DNA of 64,000 nucleotides from Anaerolineae bacterium (GTDB lineage Bacteria; Chloroflexota; Anaerolineae; Aggregatilineales; Phototrophicaceae), in contig JAJEBE010000024.1 of the NCBI GenBank assembly GCA_022822545.1, forward strand, positions 29,509 to 93,508, read 5' to 3'. The notes under the pieces are model-generated. The model was not told the origin of the DNA and ran no database searches. It saw only the letters and a list, made by a program, of their open reading frames with translations. The translations under genes were made by a program, and so were the position numbers. Positions 1 to 8,570 of the stretch are shown here, piece by piece. Each line of letters begins with the position of its first letter. The first letter of the stretch is position 1.

Positions 1-53
1 AAACTCATGGCCTTATGCGATATAATGACATCATAGAGTCAAGTGGGGCGAAT

Positions 54-914
54 ATGTACGATCAGGTTCCCGTCTACGATGTGCCGCAGAGAAATCTCGT
101 TCAGCGTTTTTTTGCCCAGCGTTGGAGCGCGATCATCGTTGAGATCGCCTTGACAATCGTCATTACCGTAGCGGCCGGGCGCGCCTTTGAGTTCTTTGAT
201 CCCTTTGACGGCGAGGCGGCAAGGGCTGCGCCGGCGGTGAATGAAACGGGAGCGGAGCCTTTCGATGTCGCGCTGGAACCGGTGACTCAGCGCGCGCTGG
301 CGCATATCCAGAGCCGGGAATTCGCGGCGGCCGAGGCGATGTATGATCTCGCCATAGCGGTCGCGCCGGCGGACGAGGACCATTATGGCTGGCGAGGTTA
401 TGTCAATTTGCAGGCGGGGGATTACCTGGACGCTCAAAGGGACTTCCGCCAAGTGCTGGAATTGGCGCCGGCCGACTACGAGGCGCATAACGCCTTGTGC
501 TGGGCATACGGCGAATCGGGCGAATTTGACACAGCCCTGGCGCACTGCCAGGAGGCAATGAAGGCGGCGCAATCACTTCCGGAATATGGCATTGCCCTGG
601 AGAATCGCTGCTGGGTTCAGGTGGAAATGGGCGAGCTGGATTCCGCCGCTCGCGATTGTCTGGATGTCCTCGAGATCTTCCCGGATTGTCAGCAAGAGGT
701 CTGCGCCCTGGCGCATTACAACCTCGGTCGCATCATGCTGGCGCAGGGGAAGGAGGCGCTGGCTTTGCGTCAGTTCAACCTGGCTTTTGATATCGGCTCT
801 GTCTATCCGGACATGTATTTGGAGATTGCCGAAGTTTACGATACACTTGGGTTTGAAGCGGCTGCCCGGGCAAGCTACGATCGCTACCGTAGTTTAGCCG
901 TAGGCGAAGCATAG
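54..914 (+). CDS. TPR-repeat membrane-anchored protein (paralog of next gene)
   Basis: ORF 15..914. One TM helix (WSAIIVEIALTIVITVAAG) followed by TPR-like helical repeats. The N-terminus YDVPQRNLVQRF aligns with YDIPKRSIKDRV of the next gene. Start set at ATG 54 because TATAAT lies at 21-26; ATG 15 is the alternative. Confidence 0.7.
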   Translation: MYDQVPVYDVPQRNLVQRFFAQRWSAIIVEIALTIVITVAAGRAFEFFDPFDGEAARAAPAVNETGAEPFDVALEPVTQRALAHIQSREFAAAEAMYDLAIAVAPADEDHYGWRGYVNLQAGDYLDAQRDFRQVLELAPADYEAHNALCWAYGESGEFDTALAHCQEAMKAAQSLPEYGIALENRCWVQVEMGELDSAARDCLDVLEIFPDCQQEVCALAHYNLGRIMLAQGKEALALRQFNLAFDIGSVYPDMYLEIAEVYDTLGFEAAARASYDRYRSLAVGEA

Positions 915-967
915 CTTTGGGAAGGCAGTTCACTGGCGTAACGGCTTGACGGTTCTGATGTCAAATG

Positions 968-976
968 TGTTATACT
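968..976 (+). promoter_or_regulatory. putative extended -10 promoter element (TGTTATACT)
   Basis: An AT-rich hexamer with an upstream TG in a GC-rich genome, 55 nt upstream of ATG 1032. TTGACG lies 19 nt upstream. Confidence 0.35.
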
Positions 977-1031
977 CAGTGGCAAATAGTGCATTCAAAC
1001 ATCGAAAGGTGAAAGAGCGAGGGATATTTCT

Positions 1032-2765
1032 ATGACCAAACAGTATCCGGAATACGATATTCCCAAACGTTCCATAAAAGATCGTGTGCTCAGCCAGCGC
1101 CCGAGCGCTCTCATTATTGAGGGTTTGCTGGTGCTGGTGGCCGTGGTCGTCACTATCGGATTCCTGTCTCCGGCGGTACCGGTCGAAGATAACAGCGACG
1201 CGGTTATTGCCGAGCTGGAAGCAATCATTGCCGCACAGGAAGCGGCCTTGGCTGAAGCGGCCGAGGCGATGGCGCAGGCGGCCGAAGCGGCTGCCATGCC
1301 CCAAGGCTTCTTGAGCGCAACCGCCGCCAAGAATATGGCTTGGTCGAGCCTGACGAACGAAGAGTATCGTTCCGCTATCGCCCTCTACGATATGATTATC
1401 GCGGACGGCGACGGGGATATTGATACCTACTTCGCTCGCGGTTATGCCTACAGCATGATTGATGAGCACGGCCTGGCCGCGCAGGATTATTCGGTCGTGC
1501 TGGGTGAGCAGCCCGAATCGCTCAGCGCTTTGAACAACCGCTGCTGGGCCCTAAGCGAGATCGGCGCTTTCGAAGCCGCCCTGGCGGATTGCAACGCGCT
1601 GATGTCCCTCGTGCCGGAAGCGGACTATCCCTATCTCAACCGTGGCATCGTCTACGAAAAGATTGGCGAGATGGACGCGGCCATGGACGACTATGTCGAG
1701 TGGATCAAGCGCAAGAAGAACCGCGTCATTCGCAACGACAATCTGGCTTGGGAAGGCGCGTTGGAATTGCAGATGGCTGAGGGCCTGGTCTACGTCCTGC
1801 CTTTCAACGCCAGCGCCGGTCAAGATGTGGTGGTCAGCGCCATTAGCAGCCAGCGCGATCTGGATGCCGACCCCTTGGTCTTGATCCTGGATCCGCAAGG
1901 CGAGCCGGTAGCCGCCAATGACGATACCGGCGAATGGTGGGACAGCTACGTGCACTTCCGCGCCCCGGTCAGCGGCGAATACGCCGTCGTGCTCACGCAT
2001 GCCGGCGGTAGCACCGAGGGCAGAGTTGAGGTTTCCTTTGAACTGGCCGGCCTGTTCACGCAGGGCAACGACAGCGCCCGTTTCAAGAGCGACGCCTACC
2101 GCGCCTTGATGTCCGGCGATTATCAGACCGCGCTGGAGAACTTCCGCCGCGCTTTGAACATCAACCGCAACGACGCCGAAGCCATGAACTGGCTGGGTGT
2201 CACCTACCGCTACATGGGCGAATACGAAGCCTCGATCATTCACATCGGTATGGCGATGCGCTTGGACGAGAGCTACAGCTTGCCCTATCTCTCACGCGGG
2301 ATCACTTTCGAGGCGATGGGCGACCACGAGGCGAGCGCCGGTGACTATTATCGTTACGCGATGCTTAACCGCAGCCGTACGCTTTTCCACGCTGAACTCG
2401 AAGGCGACAGCACCTTTGAACTGCCGATGCGCGAGGGCTGGGTCTACAGCATTCCCTTTGACGCCAAGCGCGGCCAAACGCTGGACATTGATGTCTCGAC
2501 CGTGGCGCCCGGCTTCGTGGATCCGCTGATCATCCTGATCGGCCCCGAAGGCCAGGCTCTGACCGGCGATGATGATATTTCCCGCAGCGAATACGATGCG
2601 ACCATCAGCGACTACAAAGTGCGGGCCAGCGGTGAATACACCTTGGTCGTCAGCCATGCTGAAGGTGGCGCGAACGGCACCCTCAACGTGGATGTCAGCT
2701 TGGTCAATCCAGCGCCGATGTCGGTTCCCAGCTACAGCGGCTGCTCGGAAGGCATGGGCCACTAA
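1032..2765 (+). CDS. TPR-repeat membrane protein with two PPC (pre-peptidase C-terminal)-like beta-sandwich domains
   Basis: 577-aa ORF with an N-terminal TM helix and two TPR blocks. Each block is followed by a PPC-like segment (VYVLPFNASAGQDVVV...GEYAVVLTHAGGSTEGRVEVSF and WVYSIPFDAKRGQTLDIDV...GEYTLVVSHAEGGANGTLNVDVS). Confidence 0.85.
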   Translation: MTKQYPEYDIPKRSIKDRVLSQRPSALIIEGLLVLVAVVVTIGFLSPAVPVEDNSDAVIAELEAIIAAQEAALAEAAEAMAQAAEAAAMPQGFLSATAAKNMAWSSLTNEEYRSAIALYDMIIADGDGDIDTYFARGYAYSMIDEHGLAAQDYSVVLGEQPESLSALNNRCWALSEIGAFEAALADCNALMSLVPEADYPYLNRGIVYEKIGEMDAAMDDYVEWIKRKKNRVIRNDNLAWEGALELQMAEGLVYVLPFNASAGQDVVVSAISSQRDLDADPLVLILDPQGEPVAANDDTGEWWDSYVHFRAPVSGEYAVVLTHAGGSTEGRVEVSFELAGLFTQGNDSARFKSDAYRALMSGDYQTALENFRRALNINRNDAEAMNWLGVTYRYMGEYEASIIHIGMAMRLDESYSLPYLSRGITFEAMGDHEASAGDYYRYAMLNRSRTLFHAELEGDSTFELPMREGWVYSIPFDAKRGQTLDIDVSTVAPGFVDPLIILIGPEGQALTGDDDISRSEYDATISDYKVRASGEYTLVVSHAEGGANGTLNVDVSLVNPAPMSVPSYSGCSEGMGH

Positions 2766-2791
2766 AGCCAACACATAGATAAGCAATAAAG

Positions 2792-2825
2792 AGGGCAGGG
2801 CAAGCAACCTGCCCTTTTTTGTTTT
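2792..2825 (+). terminator. rho-independent terminator
   Basis: Perfect 8-bp stem AGGGCAGG/CCTGCCCT with an 8-nt loop, followed by TTTTTTGTTTT. Lies between convergent genes. Confidence 0.75.
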
Positions 2826-2851
2826 CCGGCGGTTCCGGTGTTCGGGGCGCT

Positions 2852-3790
2852 TTACTGTCCGGTGACCGAGGTCACATCGCGAAAGATCCGCTTCAAGCGC
2901 TGAATATGTTCCGGCGGCAGAGGCGGACGCGCGAATGTTTCGAGATTGGCCGTTAGGTGCTGCGCATTGCCCGTGCCCGACAAGATCACATGGGCGCCCC
3001 CTTCCGCCCGGCAGAAACGATAAGCGGCATCGGGTATGCTCACCGCCGAGCCATCAGCAAGCAAGAAGCCGAGCGGGTTCTCGATGTCTATCTCGCCGGG
3101 GTCAACTTCGCCGCTTTCGACCAGCGCATTTAAGGCGGCGCGCAGCTTGTCCGGCCGGCTCAGGGCGCGGCGCAGGGCGAACATGATGAGGACGCCGATG
3201 TCCTTCTCGCGGGCTTTTTTCAGCACGGTTTCCCGCGCACTCTGATTCAGCAGGTTGAAGCCGACCATGATCACATCCCAAACATCATCGTTCAGGGCGC
3301 GCTGCAGCATCTTGTGTTCCAGGTCGCCGTTCCAGTGCTCGGTCACACCGATGAAGCGGATAAGCCCCTGCCGCTTCAGGTCTTGCAGCGTCGGCAGGAT
3401 CTCCTGAAAATAGTAGTCATATTGCTCGAGCCGCAAGCCGTGCAGATGGTAGATATCCACGTAGTCTGTGCCGAGCCGGCGCAAGCTTTCATTTAAGCCC
3501 GCCCGCAGAGCAGCGCGAGAGATGTTTTCTCGGCCGAGGCTCTTCTTGGTCGAGATGATGATCCGGGCGCGGTCGCGCTGGGCGATGGCGGCGCCGACGA
3601 TTTCTTCGGTGCGGTAGCCTTCCGCCGTGTCGATGAAGTTGACGCCGGCGTCCAGCCCTTGCTGCACCAGGGCCACCGATTCGGATTCGCTGCGGATATT
3701 GTCGCGCTGGCCGAGGCGGCTGGGTCCACCGGCGCCGATGCCCATAGTCGACGCGCGTAATCCTGTGCGGCCTAATATTCGGTAGTCCAT
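2852..3790 (-). CDS. aldo/keto reductase
   Basis: 312 aa. MDYRILGRTGLRAS N-terminus, IDTAEGY and LHGL motifs, and a length typical of the AKR family. Confidence 0.9.
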   Translation of the reverse strand: MDYRILGRTGLRASTMGIGAGGPSRLGQRDNIRSESESVALVQQGLDAGVNFIDTAEGYRTEEIVGAAIAQRDRARIIISTKKSLGRENISRAALRAGLNESLRRLGTDYVDIYHLHGLRLEQYDYYFQEILPTLQDLKRQGLIRFIGVTEHWNGDLEHKMLQRALNDDVWDVIMVGFNLLNQSARETVLKKAREKDIGVLIMFALRRALSRPDKLRAALNALVESGEVDPGEIDIENPLGFLLADGSAVSIPDAAYRFCRAEGGAHVILSGTGNAQHLTANLETFARPPLPPEHIQRLKRIFRDVTSVTGQ

Positions 3791-4007
3791 GTTTCCGTCC
3801 GCGAATTTTGATTGAGCGTATCATCCCATTCTGGCCGATGAGTCGGCGGATTGCGAGTGTTGGCTCGCGCGAGCGGCAAATATCAAAGATATAATTCTGC
3901 TGGCGAATTCCTAACAGGATATTGCGCCACAGCCGCTCGCAAGTCACGACTCGGCTCAGACAAAATAATGAAGCCGCCACACGTACGGGTCACAAAAAGG
4001 TAGATAT

Positions 4008-4033
4008 GTAGGGGAGAGCTAATAGCTCGCCCG
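4008..4033 (+). repeat. GTAG-type REP-like palindrome, copy R1
   Basis: GTAGGGGAGAGCTAATAGCTCGCCCG. Forms an inverted doublet with R2 (22-nt spacer). Confidence 0.75.
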
Positions 4034-4055
4034 TCGATGACATGGCGTACATTTG

Positions 4056-4081
4056 CGGGCGACCTGATAGGTCGCCCCTAC
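4056..4081 (-). repeat. GTAG-type REP-like palindrome, copy R2
   Basis: Plus strand CGGGCGACCTGATAGGTCGCCCCTAC, the reverse orientation of the consensus. Confidence 0.85.
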
Positions 4082-4221
4082 GAGATCTCTTGGTGTATAG
4101 TTTCGCAGGACTAACTTGGATTTACTTCTGTGCCTCTGTGGTGAATCCTCCGTATCGTACTGGCAATGGGTCTACATCCATGGTTTTGACCACAGCCCGT
4201 GTTTCGCTAGTCTGGCGCGCC

Positions 4222-4230
4222 TGTTATAAT
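4222..4230 (+). promoter_or_regulatory. putative extended -10 promoter element (TGTTATAAT)
   Basis: Perfect TATAAT with an upstream TG, 25 nt upstream of ATG 4256. Confidence 0.4.
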
Positions 4231-4255
4231 CGCGGTCTGTGTACATGCGGCTAGG

Positions 4256-5134
4256 ATGGTCATGGACCTCAACACATTTTCTATCGTCGCCCATTGTGAA
4301 GCGGAAGATGCTTGGGGCGTAGCGGTTGCGAGCAAGTTTCCCGCGGTTGGGGCGGTTGTGCCTTGGGCGCAAGCCGGCGTCGGCGCGGTGGCGACCCAGT
4401 CTTACGCCAAGCTGGGCTTCGGCCCCGATGGTTTGGCGCTGATGCGAGACGGGCTTTCGGCCGAGGCGGCGCTGCGCCGCTTGCTCGAACTTGACGACAA
4501 GCGCGCGTCCCGGCAAGTGGCGCTCGTCGACCGGCGCGGCAACGTGGCGGCGCATACCGGCGCGGACTGTCACGATTGGGCTGGCCACAAGACGGGCAAC
4601 GGCTTCTCCGTGCAGGGCAATCTGCTGGCGGGCGAAGCAGTGATCGACGCCATGGCCACCGGCTTTGCGCAGTCTGAGGGCGAACTGGCGGATCGGCTGG
4701 TGGCCGCTCTGCGCGCGGGCGAGCATGCCGGCGGCGATCGGCGCGGCAAGCAGTCGGCTGCTGTCTTGGTGGTGCGGCCCGGCGGCGGTTACGGCGGCGA
4801 TAACGACCGCTATTTGGACTTGCGCGTGGATGACGCCGATGAACCGGTGCGGCAGTTGATCAACCTGGTCAAGATGCACCATCTCTATTTCCAGCCCGCC
4901 AGGCCGGAAGACATCATCCGCATCGACAGCGATATCGCCAGCGAACTGCAAGCGATCATGATCGCGCAAGGTTATATGACCGGCGAGATTAACGGCGAAT
5001 GGGACGAAGTCTGCCAGCAAGTCTTCTTCATGCTGATCGGCAACGAGAACCTGGAGATGCGCTGGAATTTGCCGCAGCATCGTCACGCGATTGATCGCGT
5101 GGTGCTGGAATACCTGCGGGAGCGCTTTGGCTGA
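4256..5134 (+). CDS. DUF1028 family (Ntn-hydrolase fold) protein with C-terminal putative peptidoglycan-binding-like domain
   Basis: N-terminal NTFSIVA motif and overall DUF1028 pattern. The C-terminal ~70 aa (ASELQAIMIAQGYMTGEINGEWD) resembles a PG-binding helical domain. Confidence 0.85.
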   Translation: MVMDLNTFSIVAHCEAEDAWGVAVASKFPAVGAVVPWAQAGVGAVATQSYAKLGFGPDGLALMRDGLSAEAALRRLLELDDKRASRQVALVDRRGNVAAHTGADCHDWAGHKTGNGFSVQGNLLAGEAVIDAMATGFAQSEGELADRLVAALRAGEHAGGDRRGKQSAAVLVVRPGGGYGGDNDRYLDLRVDDADEPVRQLINLVKMHHLYFQPARPEDIIRIDSDIASELQAIMIAQGYMTGEINGEWDEVCQQVFFMLIGNENLEMRWNLPQHRHAIDRVVLEYLRERFG

Positions 5135-6593
5135 GCGCGGTCGGGCGCTACGGCATTTGGCGCTTGGCGCGTCGGTCATCCTGCTGGGAAGCCTGCTGCA
5201 ATTTCATCAGTTGGCGCGCGACCTGCGCTTCCTGTCTGACGAAGCCTATTTCATGACCTTTGCCCGCCGCGCGGCGGTGAATGGCGATTGGCTGCTGCCC
5301 GGCGCGCTCGATAAGCCGCCGCTGTCGATATACCTGAGCGCCTTGAGCATGGCGACTATTGGCAACACCGCCGATGCGAACGGCGTGCTGCACCTCGATC
5401 CGCATATCGGCGAATTTGCCGGGGCGCTGCCCAACGTCATGCTGGCGCTCCTGCTCACGACGCTGACGATGCGCCTGGCCTGGCGCGTCTACCGAGACGA
5501 GACCGCCGGACTGCTGGCCGGCCTGCTGAGCGCGCTTTCGCCCTTCATGCTGGCATTCGGCGCTAGCGCCTTCACCGATATGAGCTTGCTCTTCTTTTGG
5601 GCGGCGGCGCTGTGCTTCTCGCTGAGCGGACGCTGGGCGCCGGCGGGCGCCTTCCTGGGTCTGGCCTTTTGGAGCAAGCAGCAGGCCATATTCATCCTGC
5701 CGTTGCTCTTCCTGCTGCTGATAAGAGGCGGTATCACACGGCGGGGATGGCTGCGCTTCCTCGCCCCGCTGGGCCTGCTCTGTGGCGCGCTTCTGCTTTG
5801 GGATGCCGCCCGCCCCGAGGCCAGCATCTTCCTGCAAGCCGCCGCCAATAACGCGCCGGCACAGCTCCTTGCAGCGCCGTCAGATTGGCTGTCACGCTTC
5901 CACACCTGGCTGGACGCGGGCGCCTGGCTGCTTGGTCCGCCGCCTGTGACTGCGCTCCTGCTCGCGCTGAACGGGCTGGCGGTCTGGCGCGGGCGCAGTC
6001 GGTCACTGCCGACGCCCGCCTTTTCCGCGATTTTTGTCGGCGCGCTCAGCATCTACTCGTTCATACATATCATATTCCGCTTCAACCTCTACGACCGTTA
6101 TCTGTTTCTCGGCTTGCCTATTCTGATCTTGCTGGTCGCCGGCTGCCTTGCCTTGCTTTGCCGGCGCATCGTCCGCGTTCGCCCCGGCGTGATCGTCGCC
6201 GCTCTTTTGCTGTTGAGCGCAGTCTGGACCTTAAACGGTGAAGCGCGCATCGGCGGAGACCGCGCTCAGTTCAGCGGCATAGACGCGCTGGCGGCGCATC
6301 TGAATAGCAAACCGGTGGCGACCGTGATTTATGATCCCTGGCTTGGCTGGGAATTGGGGTATTATCTGGGCGTCTGGCAGGACAAGCGGCGCGTGCATTA
6401 TCCGACAGCGGGGGCGCTGGTCGCGGGCGCGTTGGCTTTGGACGAGGTCAGCGATCGCTATCTGGTCGCGCCGGTTGATCGGCCGCTGGAAGATTGGCTG
6501 GCCGCATTGGGCGATGCCGGTTTCGAGACGACGCTGGACTATCACAGCGAGCGCTTCATCGTCTATCGCCTCGCGCCGCCAGCTTCCCCCTAA
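5091..6593 (+). CDS. GT-C fold glycosyltransferase (ArnT/PMT-like, GT39/GT83 family)
   Basis: Many hydrophobic segments. First-loop DEAYF and KPPLSIYL motifs as in ArnT/PMT_2 enzymes. Start uncertain: TTG 5091 overlaps the upstream gene by 44 nt; TTG 5127 or 5157 are alternatives. Confidence 0.8.
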   Translation: MIAWCWNTCGSALAERGRALRHLALGASVILLGSLLQFHQLARDLRFLSDEAYFMTFARRAAVNGDWLLPGALDKPPLSIYLSALSMATIGNTADANGVLHLDPHIGEFAGALPNVMLALLLTTLTMRLAWRVYRDETAGLLAGLLSALSPFMLAFGASAFTDMSLLFFWAAALCFSLSGRWAPAGAFLGLAFWSKQQAIFILPLLFLLLIRGGITRRGWLRFLAPLGLLCGALLLWDAARPEASIFLQAAANNAPAQLLAAPSDWLSRFHTWLDAGAWLLGPPPVTALLLALNGLAVWRGRSRSLPTPAFSAIFVGALSIYSFIHIIFRFNLYDRYLFLGLPILILLVAGCLALLCRRIVRVRPGVIVAALLLLSAVWTLNGEARIGGDRAQFSGIDALAAHLNSKPVATVIYDPWLGWELGYYLGVWQDKRRVHYPTAGALVAGALALDEVSDRYLVAPVDRPLEDWLAALGDAGFETTLDYHSERFIVYRLAPPASP

Positions 6594-6624
6594 AGATTGA
6601 GGGTTTTTCTGCTCACAAATCTCT

Positions 6625-6630
6625 TATACT
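6625..6630 (+). promoter_or_regulatory. putative -10 element (TATACT) for the small-protein/nfeD/stomatin operon
   Basis: Lies 29 nt upstream of ATG 6660 in a locally AT-rich spacer. Confidence 0.3.
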
Positions 6631-6659
6631 TGTAATTAGAGATGAAAAGGGAGATTGTG

Positions 6660-6833
6660 ATGGGTTGTCTGGTATTATTGATATTAGGGTTTATTTTCCG
6701 CGGCGCGATCTTTAGCGTTCTGGCTTGGCTGGTTGGGGCCTTCATCGCCCTGCTGACGTTCTTGCTCAGTTTGGGACTCTGGGGCATCATCATACTCCTC
6801 GCGCTTTGCGCTTTTGCCGCGCTGCTTGAGTAA
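6660..6833 (+). CDS. small two-TM membrane protein (hypothetical)
   Basis: ORF 6642..6833. GGGAG lies 7 nt upstream of ATG 6660. The 57-aa product is almost entirely hydrophobic and the gene sits immediately upstream of nfeD/stomatin. Confidence 0.45.
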   Translation: MGCLVLLILGFIFRGAIFSVLAWLVGAFIALLTFLLSLGLWGIIILLALCAFAALLE

Positions 6834-6843
6834 AGGCCGAATC

Positions 6844-7446
6844 ATGGATTTTTTGCAGGATCCAAACATCGTATATCTGCTGCTGATGGCGGGTCTGTGG
6901 ATCAGCGCGACCGGCACCTATATCCCCGGCACGGGCATCGCCGAGATCGCCGGCGCCGGCTTGATCCTGGGCACGGTCTACTTGATGAGCCTGCTCGCGG
7001 CCAACTGGCTGGCGGTGATTGCGCTGGTGGCCGGGGCATCGCTCTTCTTTCTGTTGCCGCTGCTCAAGTCGGAATGGGAGAACCTCGCCATCGGCGGCCT
7101 GGCGCTGCAAGCGATCGCGAGCTTCTTTCTCTTCGCTGAAGCGAGCGTCTCGCCCCTGTTGATCGCTGTCGGCGTACTGCTGGCTTGGGGCTATCACCGG
7201 ACGATCCTGCGCGCCATCCTCAAACAGCAGCGCGAACTTTCTTCGACGCAGAAGGACGAATTCCTCGTCGGCGCGCGCGGACGCGTGATGGCGCCCATCA
7301 AAGACCGCGGCACGGTGCAGGTGAAGGGCGAGCTTTGGACGGCCCGCAGCAAATCGCGGCTGGAGAGCGGCACGGAAATCGTGGTGACGCAGCAAGACGG
7401 CCTGGAATTGCAGGTGGAAAAGGCCAAACGGGAAGAGGCGCAATAG
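6844..7446 (+). CDS. NfeD family membrane protein (short form, C-terminal OB fold)
   Basis: Four or five TM segments, then GRVMAPIKDRGTVQVKGELWTARS, typical of the NfeD OB domain. Precedes an SPFH gene, the classic nfeD-stomatin pair. Start taken at ATG 6844. Confidence 0.85.
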   Translation: MDFLQDPNIVYLLLMAGLWISATGTYIPGTGIAEIAGAGLILGTVYLMSLLAANWLAVIALVAGASLFFLLPLLKSEWENLAIGGLALQAIASFFLFAEASVSPLLIAVGVLLAWGYHRTILRAILKQQRELSSTQKDEFLVGARGRVMAPIKDRGTVQVKGELWTARSKSRLESGTEIVVTQQDGLELQVEKAKREEAQ

Positions 7447-7492
7447 CATCTCTACTATCTAACGCAAATTCTTTGAAATTAGGGAGAGGGAC

Positions 7493-8491
7493 ATGGATAA
7501 CTTAACTGAAGTCTTGAGCGCCGGTGGACAAGGCATCTTGCTTGTCATCATCGTGCTCGCAATCGTCATGCTGCTGCGCACGACCGTCCGCGCGGTCAAG
7601 GAGTATGATCGGCTGGTCATCTTCTTCATCGGGCGCTATCGGGCGGTGCGCGGTCCCGGTTTGACCTTCGTCATTCCCTTCGTGGAATCGGCAGTCAAAG
7701 TTGATATGCGCGAGAAGATCATCGATATTCCGTCGCAGACTGCCATCACCAAGGACAATGCCTCGATCGGCATCGACTTCCTCGTCTACTATCGTATCAC
7801 CGATCCGGAGCTTTCCGTGACCAAGGTGGGCAATGTGGTGGACGCGACCGGCAAGATCGCCACGACCACCTTGCGCGCCGTCATCGGCGACATTGTGCTG
7901 GATGATGTGCTTTCCAAGCGCGACCAAATCAACGATGTGCTGCGCGTCAAGCTGGATGAGACGACCGAGCGCTGGGGCATGAAAATCACCACGGTCGAGA
8001 TCCGCGAGATCGAGCCGCCCCGCGCCATCCAGGACGCCATGAATCGCCAGATGAGCGCCGAGCGCGACCGCCGCGCCGAGGTCACGCTGGCGGAAGGCGA
8101 GAAGCAAGCCGCCATTGAGCGCGCCGAAGGCAGCAAGCAGTCCGCCATTTTGGAGGCTGAGGGTCAAAAGCAGTCACAGATCTTGAAAGCCGAAGGCGAA
8201 CGCGAGGCTCAGTTGCTCACGGCCGAAGGTTACGCCAGGGCCCTGAAAGCGATTCACGAACAAGCTCGCGATATCGATAACAAGACGATGGCCCTGCAAT
8301 ATATGGAGATGCTGGAAAAGGTCGGCAGCAGCCCCTCGACCAAATTCGTCTTGCCGATGGAGCTGACCAGCATGATCCAGAATTTCGTCAGCACGATGGG
8401 CGCGGGCGCGACGCTGTCGCAGAGCCACAACGGAAACACGGGCCTTGACTCGCGCGAACGCGAGCCGGTCGCCGAAGCCGTCGTCGACTGA
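7493..8491 (+). CDS. SPFH/band 7 (stomatin-like) protein
   Basis: N-terminal TM helix and an SPFH core (YDRLVIFFIGRY...GPGLTFVIPF...DIPSQ). C-terminal coiled coil AE-rich repeats. Confidence 0.9.
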   Translation: MDNLTEVLSAGGQGILLVIIVLAIVMLLRTTVRAVKEYDRLVIFFIGRYRAVRGPGLTFVIPFVESAVKVDMREKIIDIPSQTAITKDNASIGIDFLVYYRITDPELSVTKVGNVVDATGKIATTTLRAVIGDIVLDDVLSKRDQINDVLRVKLDETTERWGMKITTVEIREIEPPRAIQDAMNRQMSAERDRRAEVTLAEGEKQAAIERAEGSKQSAILEAEGQKQSQILKAEGEREAQLLTAEGYARALKAIHEQARDIDNKTMALQYMEMLEKVGSSPSTKFVLPMELTSMIQNFVSTMGAGATLSQSHNGNTGLDSREREPVAEAVVD

Positions 8492-8513
8492 CCGCAGGCG
8501 GCATCGAAAATTG

Positions 8514-8552
8514 AAAAACCGCTCGCTGCTAGGGAAGTCGCAAGCGGTTTTT
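8514..8552. terminator. bidirectional rho-independent terminator
   Basis: AAAAACCGCTCGC...GCAAGCGGTTTTT, 12 of 13 positions paired. The A-tract/T-tract flanks allow function on both strands. Lies between convergent stomatin and fucosidase genes. Confidence 0.65.
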
Positions 8553-8570
8553 CCTTTGTGATAGGCGCCA

